A stretch of 64,000 bases of DNA from an uncultured bacterium (GTDB lineage Bacteria > Patescibacteriota > Minisyncoccia > Moranbacterales > UBA2206): positions 773 to 64,772 of the forward strand of contig CAIMIV010000003.1 in NCBI GenBank assembly GCA_903841185.1, written 5' to 3'. The translations under genes were made by a program, and so were the position numbers. Shown here piece by piece: positions 8,995 to 16,460 of the stretch. The notes beneath the pieces were generated by a model, which was not told the origin of the DNA, searched no databases, and saw nothing but the letters and a program-made list of their open reading frames with translations. How positions within the stretch are numbered: position 1 is the stretch's first letter; every line of letters begins with the position of its first letter.

Positions 8995-10173
8995 TTATAA
9001 GTATTTCTTATTATTGAGTTCGTCTGGCAGATAGGCTTGGTCTGCGCTATTTTCAATAGGCGTATATTTATAGCCCTTGCCATAGTCCAAAGCTTTCATC
9101 AGCTTGGTGGGGGCATTGCGCAAATGGAGAGGCACCGGCAAATTGCCGAATTTTTCCACATCTTGTTTAGCTTTGTTATAGACGCTGTAGGCCGTGATGT
9201 CCTTTTTGGATTTGGCCAGATAGATGACGCAGTGAGCCAGGTGGACATTGCATTCCGGGTAGCCGAGCTTGTGGCAGGCGTCAAAGGTGGCGTTGGCCAG
9301 GAGCAGGGCACTGTTATTGGCTAGACCGATGTCTTCGGAAGCGAAACGCACCAGGCGCCGCGCAATAAATAGCGGGTCCTCGCCGCCTTCCACCATCCGC
9401 GCCAGCCAATAGACAGCGGCATCCGGATTGCCGCCGCGCATGGACTTGTGGAGGGCGGAAATGATATTGTAATGTTCCTCACCGGACTTGTCATAGAGCA
9501 GATGCGATTTTTGCAACACCTCATGGATGAGTTCGGGCGTGATGGGGCGCGCTTGGTTGACGCAGGCTTCCAGGGTGTTGAGCGCCATACGCGCGTCACC
9601 ATTAGAGAGATTAGCCAGTAGCTTGATGGTGTCATCGGACAAAACTATTTTTTTGGAGGAGCTTATTTTGGAAACGGCGCGGCGGATAATTTTTTCCAAA
9701 TCAACGGCGGAAAGTTTTTGCAAAACAAAAACCCGGGTGCGGGAAACAAGCGCCGAATTGACTTCGAAACTGGGATTTTCCGTAGTGGCTCCGATGAGAA
9801 TAAGTGTCCCGTCTTCGACATAGGGCAGAAGGGCGTCTTGCTGGGCTTTGTTCCAGCGGTGGATTTCATCAATAAAAAGAATGGTTTTCAATTGCGTGAG
9901 TTGATTTTCTTTGGCTTGGGCAATAATTTCCAAAAGGATTTTTTTGCCGGAGGAGACGGCGCTGATTTTGAGGAAGGCCGAATGGGTGGTGCGAGCAATG
10001 ATATGAGCGAGAGTGGTTTTGCCGGAACCTGGCGGCCCCCACAAAATCATAGATGGCAACTGATCTTCTTGGATAGCGCGAAAAAGATAGGAATTTTTTC
10101 CAACTATTTTTTCTTGGCCAAAAAAATCGCTCAGATTTTCGGGGCGGATAAGTTCGGGGAGAGGTGTTGACAT
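8995..10173 (-). CDS. rarA: Replication-associated recombination protein A (AAA+ ATPase RarA/MgsA)
   Basis: 'ILWGPPGSGKTTLA' Walker A, 'ILFIDEIHRWNKAQQDALLPYVEDG', C-terminal MgsA helical domain. Confidence 0.85.
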   Translation of the reverse strand: MSTPLPELIRPENLSDFFGQEKIVGKNSYLFRAIQEDQLPSMILWGPPGSGKTTLAHIIARTTHSAFLKISAVSSGKKILLEIIAQAKENQLTQLKTILFIDEIHRWNKAQQDALLPYVEDGTLILIGATTENPSFEVNSALVSRTRVFVLQKLSAVDLEKIIRRAVSKISSSKKIVLSDDTIKLLANLSNGDARMALNTLEACVNQARPITPELIHEVLQKSHLLYDKSGEEHYNIISALHKSMRGGNPDAAVYWLARMVEGGEDPLFIARRLVRFASEDIGLANNSALLLANATFDACHKLGYPECNVHLAHCVIYLAKSKKDITAYSVYNKAKQDVEKFGNLPVPLHLRNAPTKLMKALDYGKGYKYTPIENSADQAYLPDELNNKKYL

Positions 10174-10288
10174 AAAGTTGGAAAATATTAGATATGCTGA
10201 TAGTATATCACTGAAATAAGATTTATGGCAAATGCCGATTTGTGTGATACAATAGGATTAAATAAATGCAAAAGTATAAGATACTAAA

Positions 10289-10951
10289 ATGGCTTCACAA
10301 ATTGCACATATTGTTTATGCCAAAAAATTTTTGGATAAGCTGGAAAAGGGCGAAATGCGAGAAGATTTTTTTGACAATGAAACAACTAAAAAAATTCTAA
10401 CTCATCGAGATGAGTTTCTATTAGGCTGTGTTTTTCCCGATGTGCGATTGGTGGCGGAGAATATAGCTAGAAAAGATACACATATGTTTTTCGCGCAAGT
10501 GGATTTGGATTTTCGAGACTTGACTGTCTTTCAGGCAGGTTGGAAATTTCATGTGTATTGCGATATGAAAAGAGAGGAAATCTTGAATCGCTATAATTTC
10601 TATGGAATAACGCAGGAGATTGAAAAATCCTGGACGGCCAACAAGCTGCTAGAAGACGAGCTAGTTTATGGAGTATATAACAATTGGGAAAAGCTGAAAC
10701 ATTATTTTAATAATATCCCCCAATTGGAATTGCCGGCCGGTCTTGCGCGAGAAACGGTAGAATTTTGGTATGCGATTGTGGCTAAATATATAGAAGGACA
10801 ACCAAATAACAGAACGATGCATATTTTTATTACTAAAAGCAAGCAACTGGATGTGCAAAAGACGGATCACATTATAGAAAAAGTGGATCGGTTGCGCAAA
10901 AATCCGGTGGTGCTAGAAATTTTGAAAAAAGTGTATTTGGAAATAGTTTAA
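10289..10951 (+). CDS. Hypothetical protein
   Basis: 220-aa ORF with no confident motif. Confidence 0.35.
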   Translation: MASQIAHIVYAKKFLDKLEKGEMREDFFDNETTKKILTHRDEFLLGCVFPDVRLVAENIARKDTHMFFAQVDLDFRDLTVFQAGWKFHVYCDMKREEILNRYNFYGITQEIEKSWTANKLLEDELVYGVYNNWEKLKHYFNNIPQLELPAGLARETVEFWYAIVAKYIEGQPNNRTMHIFITKSKQLDVQKTDHIIEKVDRLRKNPVVLEILKKVYLEIV

Positions 10952-10969
10952 TCTAAATAATTTAAATAT

Positions 10970-11272
10970 ATGAAAATAGTCATAAAAAATATCACCAGCA
11001 GCCCGGTGGTCATCTTGCGTAGAGCCGGCTATACTTTCCAGCGGAATGAAGGCGGGGAAATGAGCTTTGTGCGTCCTTTGGCCCGGGCGGGCTACCCGCG
11101 CTTTCATATGTATGTATTAGCGACGGGAACGGATATGGAGATTAATTTCCATTTGGATCAAAAAAAAGAAACCTATGGGACGGGGACGCGGCATCACGGG
11201 GAATATGAAAACGATGGGGCGTTGCGAGTTGAGGCGAAGCGCATCATGGAGATCTTGGCAAAAATGGGGTGA
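10970..11272 (+). CDS. Hypothetical small protein
   Basis: 100-aa ORF 19 nt downstream of the previous gene, probably co-transcribed. Confidence 0.35.
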   Translation: MKIVIKNITSSPVVILRRAGYTFQRNEGGEMSFVRPLARAGYPRFHMYVLATGTDMEINFHLDQKKETYGTGTRHHGEYENDGALRVEAKRIMEILAKMG

Positions 11273-11343
11273 TTTTCAGGGGCGCTGGCGAACCCTTGCC
11301 AAAAGAGGGAAATAGTACTACACTAGATTATGTATTTTAGAAT

Positions 11344-11389
11344 GCCGCGGTGGTCCTCCTTCGCTAAAGCTACGGATGGACAACGGGTG
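11344..11389 (+). ncRNA. Conserved tRNA-Leu-upstream element, copy 1 (unknown function)
   Basis: GCCGCGGTGGTCCTCCTTCGCTAAAGCTACGGATGGACAACGGGTG. The first 10 nt are identical to the 5' end of the tRNA-Leu 57 nt downstream. Homologous to copies at 21286 and 13175. Confidence 0.4.
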
Positions 11390-11446
11390 TTTTTGAAAAC
11401 TAATATTGTACAATAGAAAGGGCATTACGAAATTTTAATGCAGTAT

Positions 11447-11530
11447 GCCGCGGTGGTGAAATTGGTATACACGCCAGTCTTAGGAACTGGTAGGCTTACC
11501 CCTGTGGGAGTTCGAGTCTCCCCCGCGGCA
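11447..11530 (+). tRNA. tRNA-Leu (anticodon TAG)
   Basis: Cloverleaf with acceptor GCCGCGG/CCGCGGC, anticodon loop CTTAGGA, long variable arm, T-loop TTCGAGT. Confidence 0.85.
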
Positions 11531-11608
11531 CTTCGATTCATTCGCTGAAAGCGAATTCACTCAGTGTAAACACATTTAATGTTCAATGCTGAGGTATAGT
11601 ATAATAAT

Positions 11609-12556
11609 ATGCAAAAAATAGTAATCGATGAAGACGGCGCTGGTGAGCGTATTGATAAATTCCTGAAAGAGGGATTTTTTTTAAGTGAGGAGATCACCCG
11701 CGGGGATATCATCCGCAGTATTCGGGAAGGGGCGATTATGGTGAATGAAAAAGCTATTAAACCTAGCTATATCTTAAAAGAAGGAGATGTGGTTGTGATT
11801 GACATCATCAAAGAAAAAGAAGAATTGATTCCCAACACCAAAATCCAACTAACGCTTGTGTATCAAAATGAAGATTTTCTGATTATCAATAAGCAGGCTG
11901 GCTTGCAAGTGCATCCCAGTGACAGTGAAAAAGAGGCGACATTGGTAAATGCATTGATTGTGGCCTTCCCGGAGATCAAGAATATTAATGATGGCTCGCA
12001 AGACAGCTGGATGCGTCCTGGGATTGTGCATCGCTTGGACAAAGACACGAGTGGGATTATGGTAGTGGCTAGAAATAAAAAAACCTTCGATGAATTGAAG
12101 CGCCAATTTGCGGACAGGGAAATTACTAAAAATTATGTGGCTTTAGTATATGGTAATTTAGAAAACAAGACGGGGATAGTGGATCTGCCGATTGCCAGAG
12201 CGGCTAGTTTTAAGAAACAAAAAATTGCCCGCGGAAAAACCAAAGGCATCGCCAGGCAGGCCATCACGGAATATAGCGTATTGAAACGCTACGCGGAGTT
12301 TGATTTTGTGGAGGCGATCCCGAAAACTGGCCGGATGCATCAAATCCGAGTGCATTTGGCGTCGCTGGAGCATCCTATTGTGGGAGACTGGAAATATCGG
12401 CGGAAGAACATTGTTCAAGTTGACGCGGTGCGAAGGCACCTGTTGCACGCCCAAAAATTGAGTTTTACGTTGGCAGGGCAGCAATTTGATTTCATCGCCG
12501 AATTACCGGAGGATTTTAGAGGATTCCTGCAGGGGCTTGACGAAAAGCAGATATAA
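11609..12556 (+). CDS. rluD: RluA-family 23S rRNA pseudouridine synthase (RluD-like, with S4 domain)
   Basis: Catalytic 'HRLDKDTSGIMVVARN' motif; N-terminal S4-like region. Confidence 0.8.
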   Translation: MQKIVIDEDGAGERIDKFLKEGFFLSEEITRGDIIRSIREGAIMVNEKAIKPSYILKEGDVVVIDIIKEKEELIPNTKIQLTLVYQNEDFLIINKQAGLQVHPSDSEKEATLVNALIVAFPEIKNINDGSQDSWMRPGIVHRLDKDTSGIMVVARNKKTFDELKRQFADREITKNYVALVYGNLENKTGIVDLPIARAASFKKQKIARGKTKGIARQAITEYSVLKRYAEFDFVEAIPKTGRMHQIRVHLASLEHPIVGDWKYRRKNIVQVDAVRRHLLHAQKLSFTLAGQQFDFIAELPEDFRGFLQGLDEKQI

Positions 12557-12655
12557 CGGTAAGATAGAAAGGCTAAAAATCTAACCATAATTCCGTAATA
12601 TTACTCAGCGAGTGAGTATGTTTTATTTTAATAAAACTTCGGGTATAATAACTAT

Positions 12656-13165
12656 ATGCAAAAGAAAGTAATCGAATTCAACAATGCACTACGAGCGAAG
12701 GAAATGCCCGAATTTAACGCTGGGGATGTGGTGAAAGTTCACAGAAAAATCAAGGAAGGTGACAAAGAAAGAGTCCAGATTTTCGAGGGCTTGATTATCG
12801 CTGTCAAAGGCGGACAAAGTTCTTCTCCAACCATTACCGTGCGAAAAGTTTCCAGCGGGGTGGGTGTGGAGTTGATTGTACCTATCTTTTCTCCAAACAT
12901 CGAAAAGATTGAAATGGTGAAGAAAGCTAAGGTCAGAAGAGCTAAACTATATTATCTACGTGGACTGACAGCGAAGAAGAGTCGTATGAAGTATAAGAAT
13001 GTTCCTGTGATCGTGCCGGGAGAAAAAACAGTCGTGGAGGAAGCAGTAGTAGAAGAAGCTGTGGTGGTAGAAGAGAAAACAGCCAAAGTAGTGGAGAAAG
13101 CTGTGATTGAAAAAAAGGCAGTCGTAAAAAAAGTGACTGAGAAAAAAGTAGCGGAGAAAAAATAA
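12656..13165 (+). CDS. rplS: 50S ribosomal protein L19 with Lys/Glu/Val-rich C-terminal extension
   Basis: 'FNAGDVVKVHRKIKEGDKERVQIFEGLIIAVKG...TVRKVSSGVGVE...RRAKLYYLR' is a classic L19 core. A ~60-aa KE-rich tail follows. Confidence 0.85.
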   Translation: MQKKVIEFNNALRAKEMPEFNAGDVVKVHRKIKEGDKERVQIFEGLIIAVKGGQSSSPTITVRKVSSGVGVELIVPIFSPNIEKIEMVKKAKVRRAKLYYLRGLTAKKSRMKYKNVPVIVPGEKTVVEEAVVEEAVVVEEKTAKVVEKAVIEKKAVVKKVTEKKVAEKK

Positions 13166-13174
13166 TCCAACGAC

Positions 13175-13224
13175 GCCTTCGTGGCCCGTCTCGCCCGAGG
13201 CGTGCTCGCCGAGGCGGATGGAAT
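13175..13224 (+). ncRNA. Conserved tRNA-Leu-upstream element, copy 3 (diverged, with internal 14-nt tandem duplication)
   Basis: GCCTTCGTGGCCCGTCTCGCCCGAGGCGTGCTCGCCGAGGCGGATGGAATGG shares TGGCCC...CGCC..GAGGC..GGATGG with copies 1 and 2. Its first 7 nt complement the 3' acceptor CGAAGGC at 13442. Confidence 0.35.
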
Positions 13225-13285
13225 GGTATATTCACCCCGCACCATTTCACATTTCGCAGTAAACTGGTATGATATGTTTAGTTGG

Positions 13286-13367
13286 GGGAGTATGGTGGAA
13301 TGGTATACACACATGCTTGAGGTGCATGGGTCGTAAGACCGTGAGAGTTCGAGTCTCTCTATTCCCA
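13286..13367 (+). tRNA. tRNA-Leu (anticodon GAG)
   Basis: Acceptor GGGAGTA/TATTCCC (one G-U), anticodon loop TTGAGGT, long variable arm, T-loop TTCGAGT. Confidence 0.8.
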
Positions 13368-13384
13368 CGAGTGGAAAATGGTGC

Positions 13385-13449
13385 TGGGGCAAGCATGCAA
13401 GAGGCACATGGATTGTAAGGTCGTGCGAGTTCGAGTCTCGCCGAAGGCA
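13385..13449 (+). pseudogene. 5'-truncated/degenerate tRNA-Leu(GAG)-like copy
   Basis: Intact T-arm GCGAG-TTCGAGT-CTCGC and 3' acceptor CGAAGGC-A. The anticodon region 'CATGC AAGAGGC ACATG' is degenerate (no U33) and no 5' acceptor strand is present locally. Confidence 0.5.
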
Positions 13450-13536
13450 CCCAAAGCCTGCCCGATTTTCTTGCTTTGTTATTTATTTAAAGATAGTTAT
13501 CGGCATACTAGATAATAAAGGCAGAAGATGGGGCAG

Positions 13537-13608
13537 GCCAGACTAGCTCATCGGTAGAGCGAAGGACTGAAAATCCTTGCGTACCCAGTTCAACTCTGGG
13601 GTCTGGCA
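13537..13608 (+). tRNA. tRNA-Phe (anticodon GAA)
   Basis: Acceptor GCCAGAC/GTCTGGC, anticodon loop CTGAAAA, T-loop TTCAACT. Confidence 0.85.
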
Positions 13609-13659
13609 CAAAGTTGTGATAGAATAGAAACAGTAGAAATAGCCAATGGCATAGATTAT

Positions 13660-13732
13660 GGGCGATTAGCTCAATGGCTAGAGCACCTCGTTTACACCGA
13701 GGGGGTTATAGGTTCGAGTCCTATATCGCCCA
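13660..13732 (+). tRNA. tRNA-Val (anticodon TAC)
   Basis: Acceptor GGGCGAT/ATCGCCC, anticodon stem CCTCG/CGAGG with loop TTTACAC, T-loop TTCGAGT. Confidence 0.85.
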
Positions 13733-13744
13733 CACAATACATAA

Positions 13745-13770
13745 AAGCTAGTGGATAAAACTAGCTTTTA
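13745..13770 (+). terminator. Hairpin after the tRNA-Phe/Val pair
   Basis: AAGCTAGT-ggataaa-ACTAGCTT followed by TTTA. Confidence 0.5.
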
Positions 13771-13840
13771 TAATATTGAAGTTATCCACAAGATAATTAC
13801 GAACCAGTGTGCTATGATAAAAATGTAGTAACGCAGGTTT

Positions 13841-14503
13841 ATGAAAATAAAAGAGGAAAAAAATAAAGCATTTGATCTCCGGAGGGAGGGCAAGAGCTAC
13901 AGGCAAATAGCAGAGCTTTTGGATATAAGTAAAAGTACGTTATCTGGTTGGTTTAGGGATGTTGATTGGTCTCAAGATATCAAAAAACAGTTAATTGAAA
14001 AGTCAAAAGGGGCTAGTCGAAAAAGATTGCTTCAGCTAAATGATCTGAAAAAGAAAAGATGGAGCGAATGTTATGTAAGAGCAGAAAAAGAGGCAATTAC
14101 TGAATTTGAAAATTTAAAAAAAGACAAATTGTTTATAGCGGGCATGGCATTATATTGGGGAGAGGGAGATAAAATATGGAAGAATGGCATTATTAGAATA
14201 TCCAATACAGATGAAAAGATGTTGCGAGTGTTTAATGAATTTTTACAAAAAATTTGCAAGGTGGAGAGAGAAAAAATTAGAGCGGGAATTTTACTGTATC
14301 CAGACTTGGATTCGGAGGAGCGCTTGAAATTTTGGAGTGAAAGTATTAGAATATCTAAGGAGAGGTTTTTTAAATCGACTGTGATACAGGGAAGGCATAA
14401 AACTAAAAAAACAGGCAGCGGAGTGTGTATTGTTTCAGTAGGTGATAAATATTTGAAAAAGAAGTTATTGACTTGGCTAGATTTGTTCATTGGAGAATTT
14501 TAA
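13841..14503 (+). CDS. HTH-domain protein with LAGLIDADG-like core (possible free-standing homing-endonuclease-like gene)
   Basis: N-terminal 'GKSYRQIAELLDISKSTLSGW' HTH; central 'LFIAGMALYWGEGDK' resembles a LAGLIDADG motif. Sits between the tRNA-Phe/Val and tRNA-Gly genes. Confidence 0.4.
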   Translation: MKIKEEKNKAFDLRREGKSYRQIAELLDISKSTLSGWFRDVDWSQDIKKQLIEKSKGASRKRLLQLNDLKKKRWSECYVRAEKEAITEFENLKKDKLFIAGMALYWGEGDKIWKNGIIRISNTDEKMLRVFNEFLQKICKVEREKIRAGILLYPDLDSEERLKFWSESIRISKERFFKSTVIQGRHKTKKTGSGVCIVSVGDKYLKKKLLTWLDLFIGEF

Positions 14504-14506
14504 CAA

Positions 14507-14578
14507 GCGGGTATAGTATAATGGTTATTACATCAGGTTGCCAATCTGGATACGGGGGTTCGATTCCCCCTACCCGCT
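14507..14578 (+). tRNA. tRNA-Gly (anticodon GCC)
   Basis: Acceptor GCGGGTA/TACCCGC, anticodon loop TTGCCAA, T-arm GGGGG-TTCGATT-CCCCC. Confidence 0.85.
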
Positions 14579-14585
14579 CAAAGTT

Positions 14586-14616
14586 AAAAAGTTCTAGGTT
14601 TAGCCTAGAACTTTTT
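14586..14616 (+). terminator. Rho-independent terminator after tRNA-Gly(GCC)
   Basis: AAAAAGTTCTAGG-tttag-CCTAGAACTTTTT. Confidence 0.7.
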
Positions 14617-14625
14617 GATTTGCTA

Positions 14626-14667
14626 GCGGGATGGGGAATCGAACGGGTAGGAATGAGACAATCCCGC
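14626..14667 (-). pseudogene. Decayed antisense tRNA-like remnant
   Basis: Minus strand reads GCGGGAT...CCCG-TTCGATT-CCCC-ATCCCGC: paired 7-nt ends and a T-loop but a non-pairing T-stem. The same 20-nt core GGGATGGGGAATCGAACGGG recurs at 46641. Confidence 0.4.
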
Positions 14668-14750
14668 CCAAACGGGATTAGTCGAATGTCGATGAATGTG
14701 AATGAATGAATATTCAGCGCTACCCAGGGCAAGGATCCTCAGCGACGACG

Positions 14751-14770
14751 GAATTCCCCCTACCCGCTCA
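14751..14770 (+). repeat. Direct repeat of the tRNA-Gly 3' end (partial copy R2)
   Basis: GAATTCCCCCTACCCGCTCA equals the last 19 nt of tRNA-Gly(GCC) plus CA. Confidence 0.6.
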
Positions 14771-14876
14771 GAATCTAAAAAGCTCTCCCTCGTGGAAAGT
14801 TTTTTGTATGCTTAGAAGGCATGTTTGAGCTGGATGTGATATAATAAGACTATAAAAATAATAATAGACCCTTCTA

Positions 14877-15476
14877 TTGTTTATGAATATAATAAAAGAA
14901 GATTTTCTACGAAAAATTGGCGTCATACCAAGATATACTGAGATTAGATTATTTTTGATGTCGTTAACTTTTTTGCTGGTTTTCGCAACAAACTCAACAA
15001 TTCGAAATAAATATTTGACTGATATTGTTAATGAAGATGCGGGGCTTGTTCTCTTGGTTATTTTTCTTGGTATATGGTTATCGATTTATAACGCTTTCTC
15101 ACCTAAGAAGATTACAGAATTTTCAAAGATATTTTTATTGATTTATGCGATTGTTATTAATGTAATTATTAGTGCGGAGGCTTATAATTATATTTCAAAG
15201 AATGAGCACGGATTATATATCATTTTTCCAATTCTAAATGTTGTGAATGCCTTTGTATTATGTATGCTTTTTAAAAGGAATATAATGACTACTAATTCAA
15301 TTATTGAAAAACAAACAAAATATTCAGAGATAATAGTCGGTTCTATATTAGTTTCTGCGATTTTTTTTGTAAGTCAATATATTTTAGGTAATTATTGGGC
15401 GGTCACTTTTTCAATCTGCTTAGCCTACGCCTCTAATTTAAATGAGTTGATTAGTGATATTTTTAGCAAAAAATAA
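14877..15476 (+). CDS. Hypothetical polytopic membrane protein
   Basis: About 5 hydrophobic helices and no motif. Lies inside the segment bracketed by tRNA-Gly 3'-end repeats. Confidence 0.4.
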   Translation: MFMNIIKEDFLRKIGVIPRYTEIRLFLMSLTFLLVFATNSTIRNKYLTDIVNEDAGLVLLVIFLGIWLSIYNAFSPKKITEFSKIFLLIYAIVINVIISAEAYNYISKNEHGLYIIFPILNVVNAFVLCMLFKRNIMTTNSIIEKQTKYSEIIVGSILVSAIFFVSQYILGNYWAVTFSICLAYASNLNELISDIFSKK

Positions 15477-15544
15477 TTGGTCATGATAATGATTCAATAA
15501 AAAGTATGTTATAGTAAGTGTGTAAATAAATTAAAAATATATAA

Positions 15545-16162
15545 ATGGAAAATCAAATACAATTTACATCTCCGCAGCAAAGTGAGTCTAAATCAAATAA
15601 GAAATTATGGATTATTTTATTGATTTTAATTCCATTGATTTTTTTCATGGCTATCGGCACTAAGGTTTTTCTTGATTTGCGAGCCTCAAGAGAAAAAGCA
15701 AATCTTATTATGAATAAGCAAAAAAATATAACGCCCGAGAGTTTGCAAAGAGATCAGCAAGAATATATGAAGAATTATAACTCAACTGGTAAATCAGAGT
15801 TTTTTGATAAGTGTATAAAGGGATGTCAGTCGCCGGGAAGCAGTGGCTGTAATAATAATTGTCTCACAAGAGAGGCTGTAGAAAACAAGGATATGTCCGC
15901 ATGTTTTTTGATTGATAATTCTGGGGATGTTGATGGAAAAGATAGTGGTAAGGCGGGGTGTCAATCCAGCGTTGCCGCAGCTACGCTCGAATTAAATAAT
16001 TGTGAAAAAATAACCTATGGAAGCGACTCTATAAAAGAATATAATCGGTATGATTGCTATGAGAAAATTGCTAGGGCGAAAAAGGATGTATCAATTTGTG
16101 AAAAAATCTCGAAGAGCTATTTATTAGGAAATATGTACAAGAATTGCATAGCAATTAAATAG
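15545..16162 (+). CDS. Hypothetical secreted Cys-rich repeat protein
   Basis: N-terminal TM/signal, then recurring 'C(x)3-4I' units (SACFLI, NNCEKI, YDCYEKI, SICEKIS, KNCIAIK). 14 Cys. Confidence 0.4.
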   Translation: MENQIQFTSPQQSESKSNKKLWIILLILIPLIFFMAIGTKVFLDLRASREKANLIMNKQKNITPESLQRDQQEYMKNYNSTGKSEFFDKCIKGCQSPGSSGCNNNCLTREAVENKDMSACFLIDNSGDVDGKDSGKAGCQSSVAAATLELNNCEKITYGSDSIKEYNRYDCYEKIARAKKDVSICEKISKSYLLGNMYKNCIAIK

Positions 16163-16209
16163 GTTGAATTAACTACATTTTTCTTTAAGTCAAGCTTAAG
16201 CTACGGTTT

Positions 16210-16227
16210 CCCGCTCAAAGTTAAAAA
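16210..16227 (+). repeat. Direct repeat of tRNA-Gly 3' end plus downstream (copy R3)
   Basis: CCCGCTCAAAGTTAAAAA is identical to 14573..14590. A terminator hairpin follows. Confidence 0.6.
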
Positions 16228-16256
16228 AACAAAGCTCTTCCGAGCTTTGTTTTTTT
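16222..16256 (+). terminator. Rho-independent terminator
   Basis: ACAAAGCTC-ttcc-GAGCTTTGT followed by TTTTTTT. Confidence 0.7.
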
Positions 16257-16460
16257 GTTGTGTCTAAGTGTGCCTGTGGATAAGTTGATAATGGGCTTTA
16301 GATAAAGCATGTTGATAAGGCGGGGAAAATGAGGTATGATGGAGAAACCCTCAATTGGAGTAAAATACAAAAAATGAGGATTAATTAAAATAAATAATCT
16401 CAAAAATGCGCCTTAGTTAGGGATAAAATGACTATTGGCATTGGCGAATAAATAAAAAAT

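Noticed and set aside
10970-11272. HicA-type toxin assignment for the 100-aa protein
   Set aside because: The resemblance is pattern-level only. The conserved GSH box is missing and there is no HicB-like partner, so it is kept as hypothetical.
12952-13450. Track ORFs 12952..13407(-), 13247..13450(-), 12942..13250(-)
   Set aside because: They run antisense across the rplS tail and the tRNA-Leu locus. tRNA cloverleaves explain this DNA, and the ORFs are low-complexity read-through artefacts.
14473-14732. Track ORFs 14473..14709(+) and 14487..14732(-) of 78/81 aa
   Set aside because: They overlap tRNA-Gly(GCC), its terminator and the tRNA-remnant repeats, so they are not coding.
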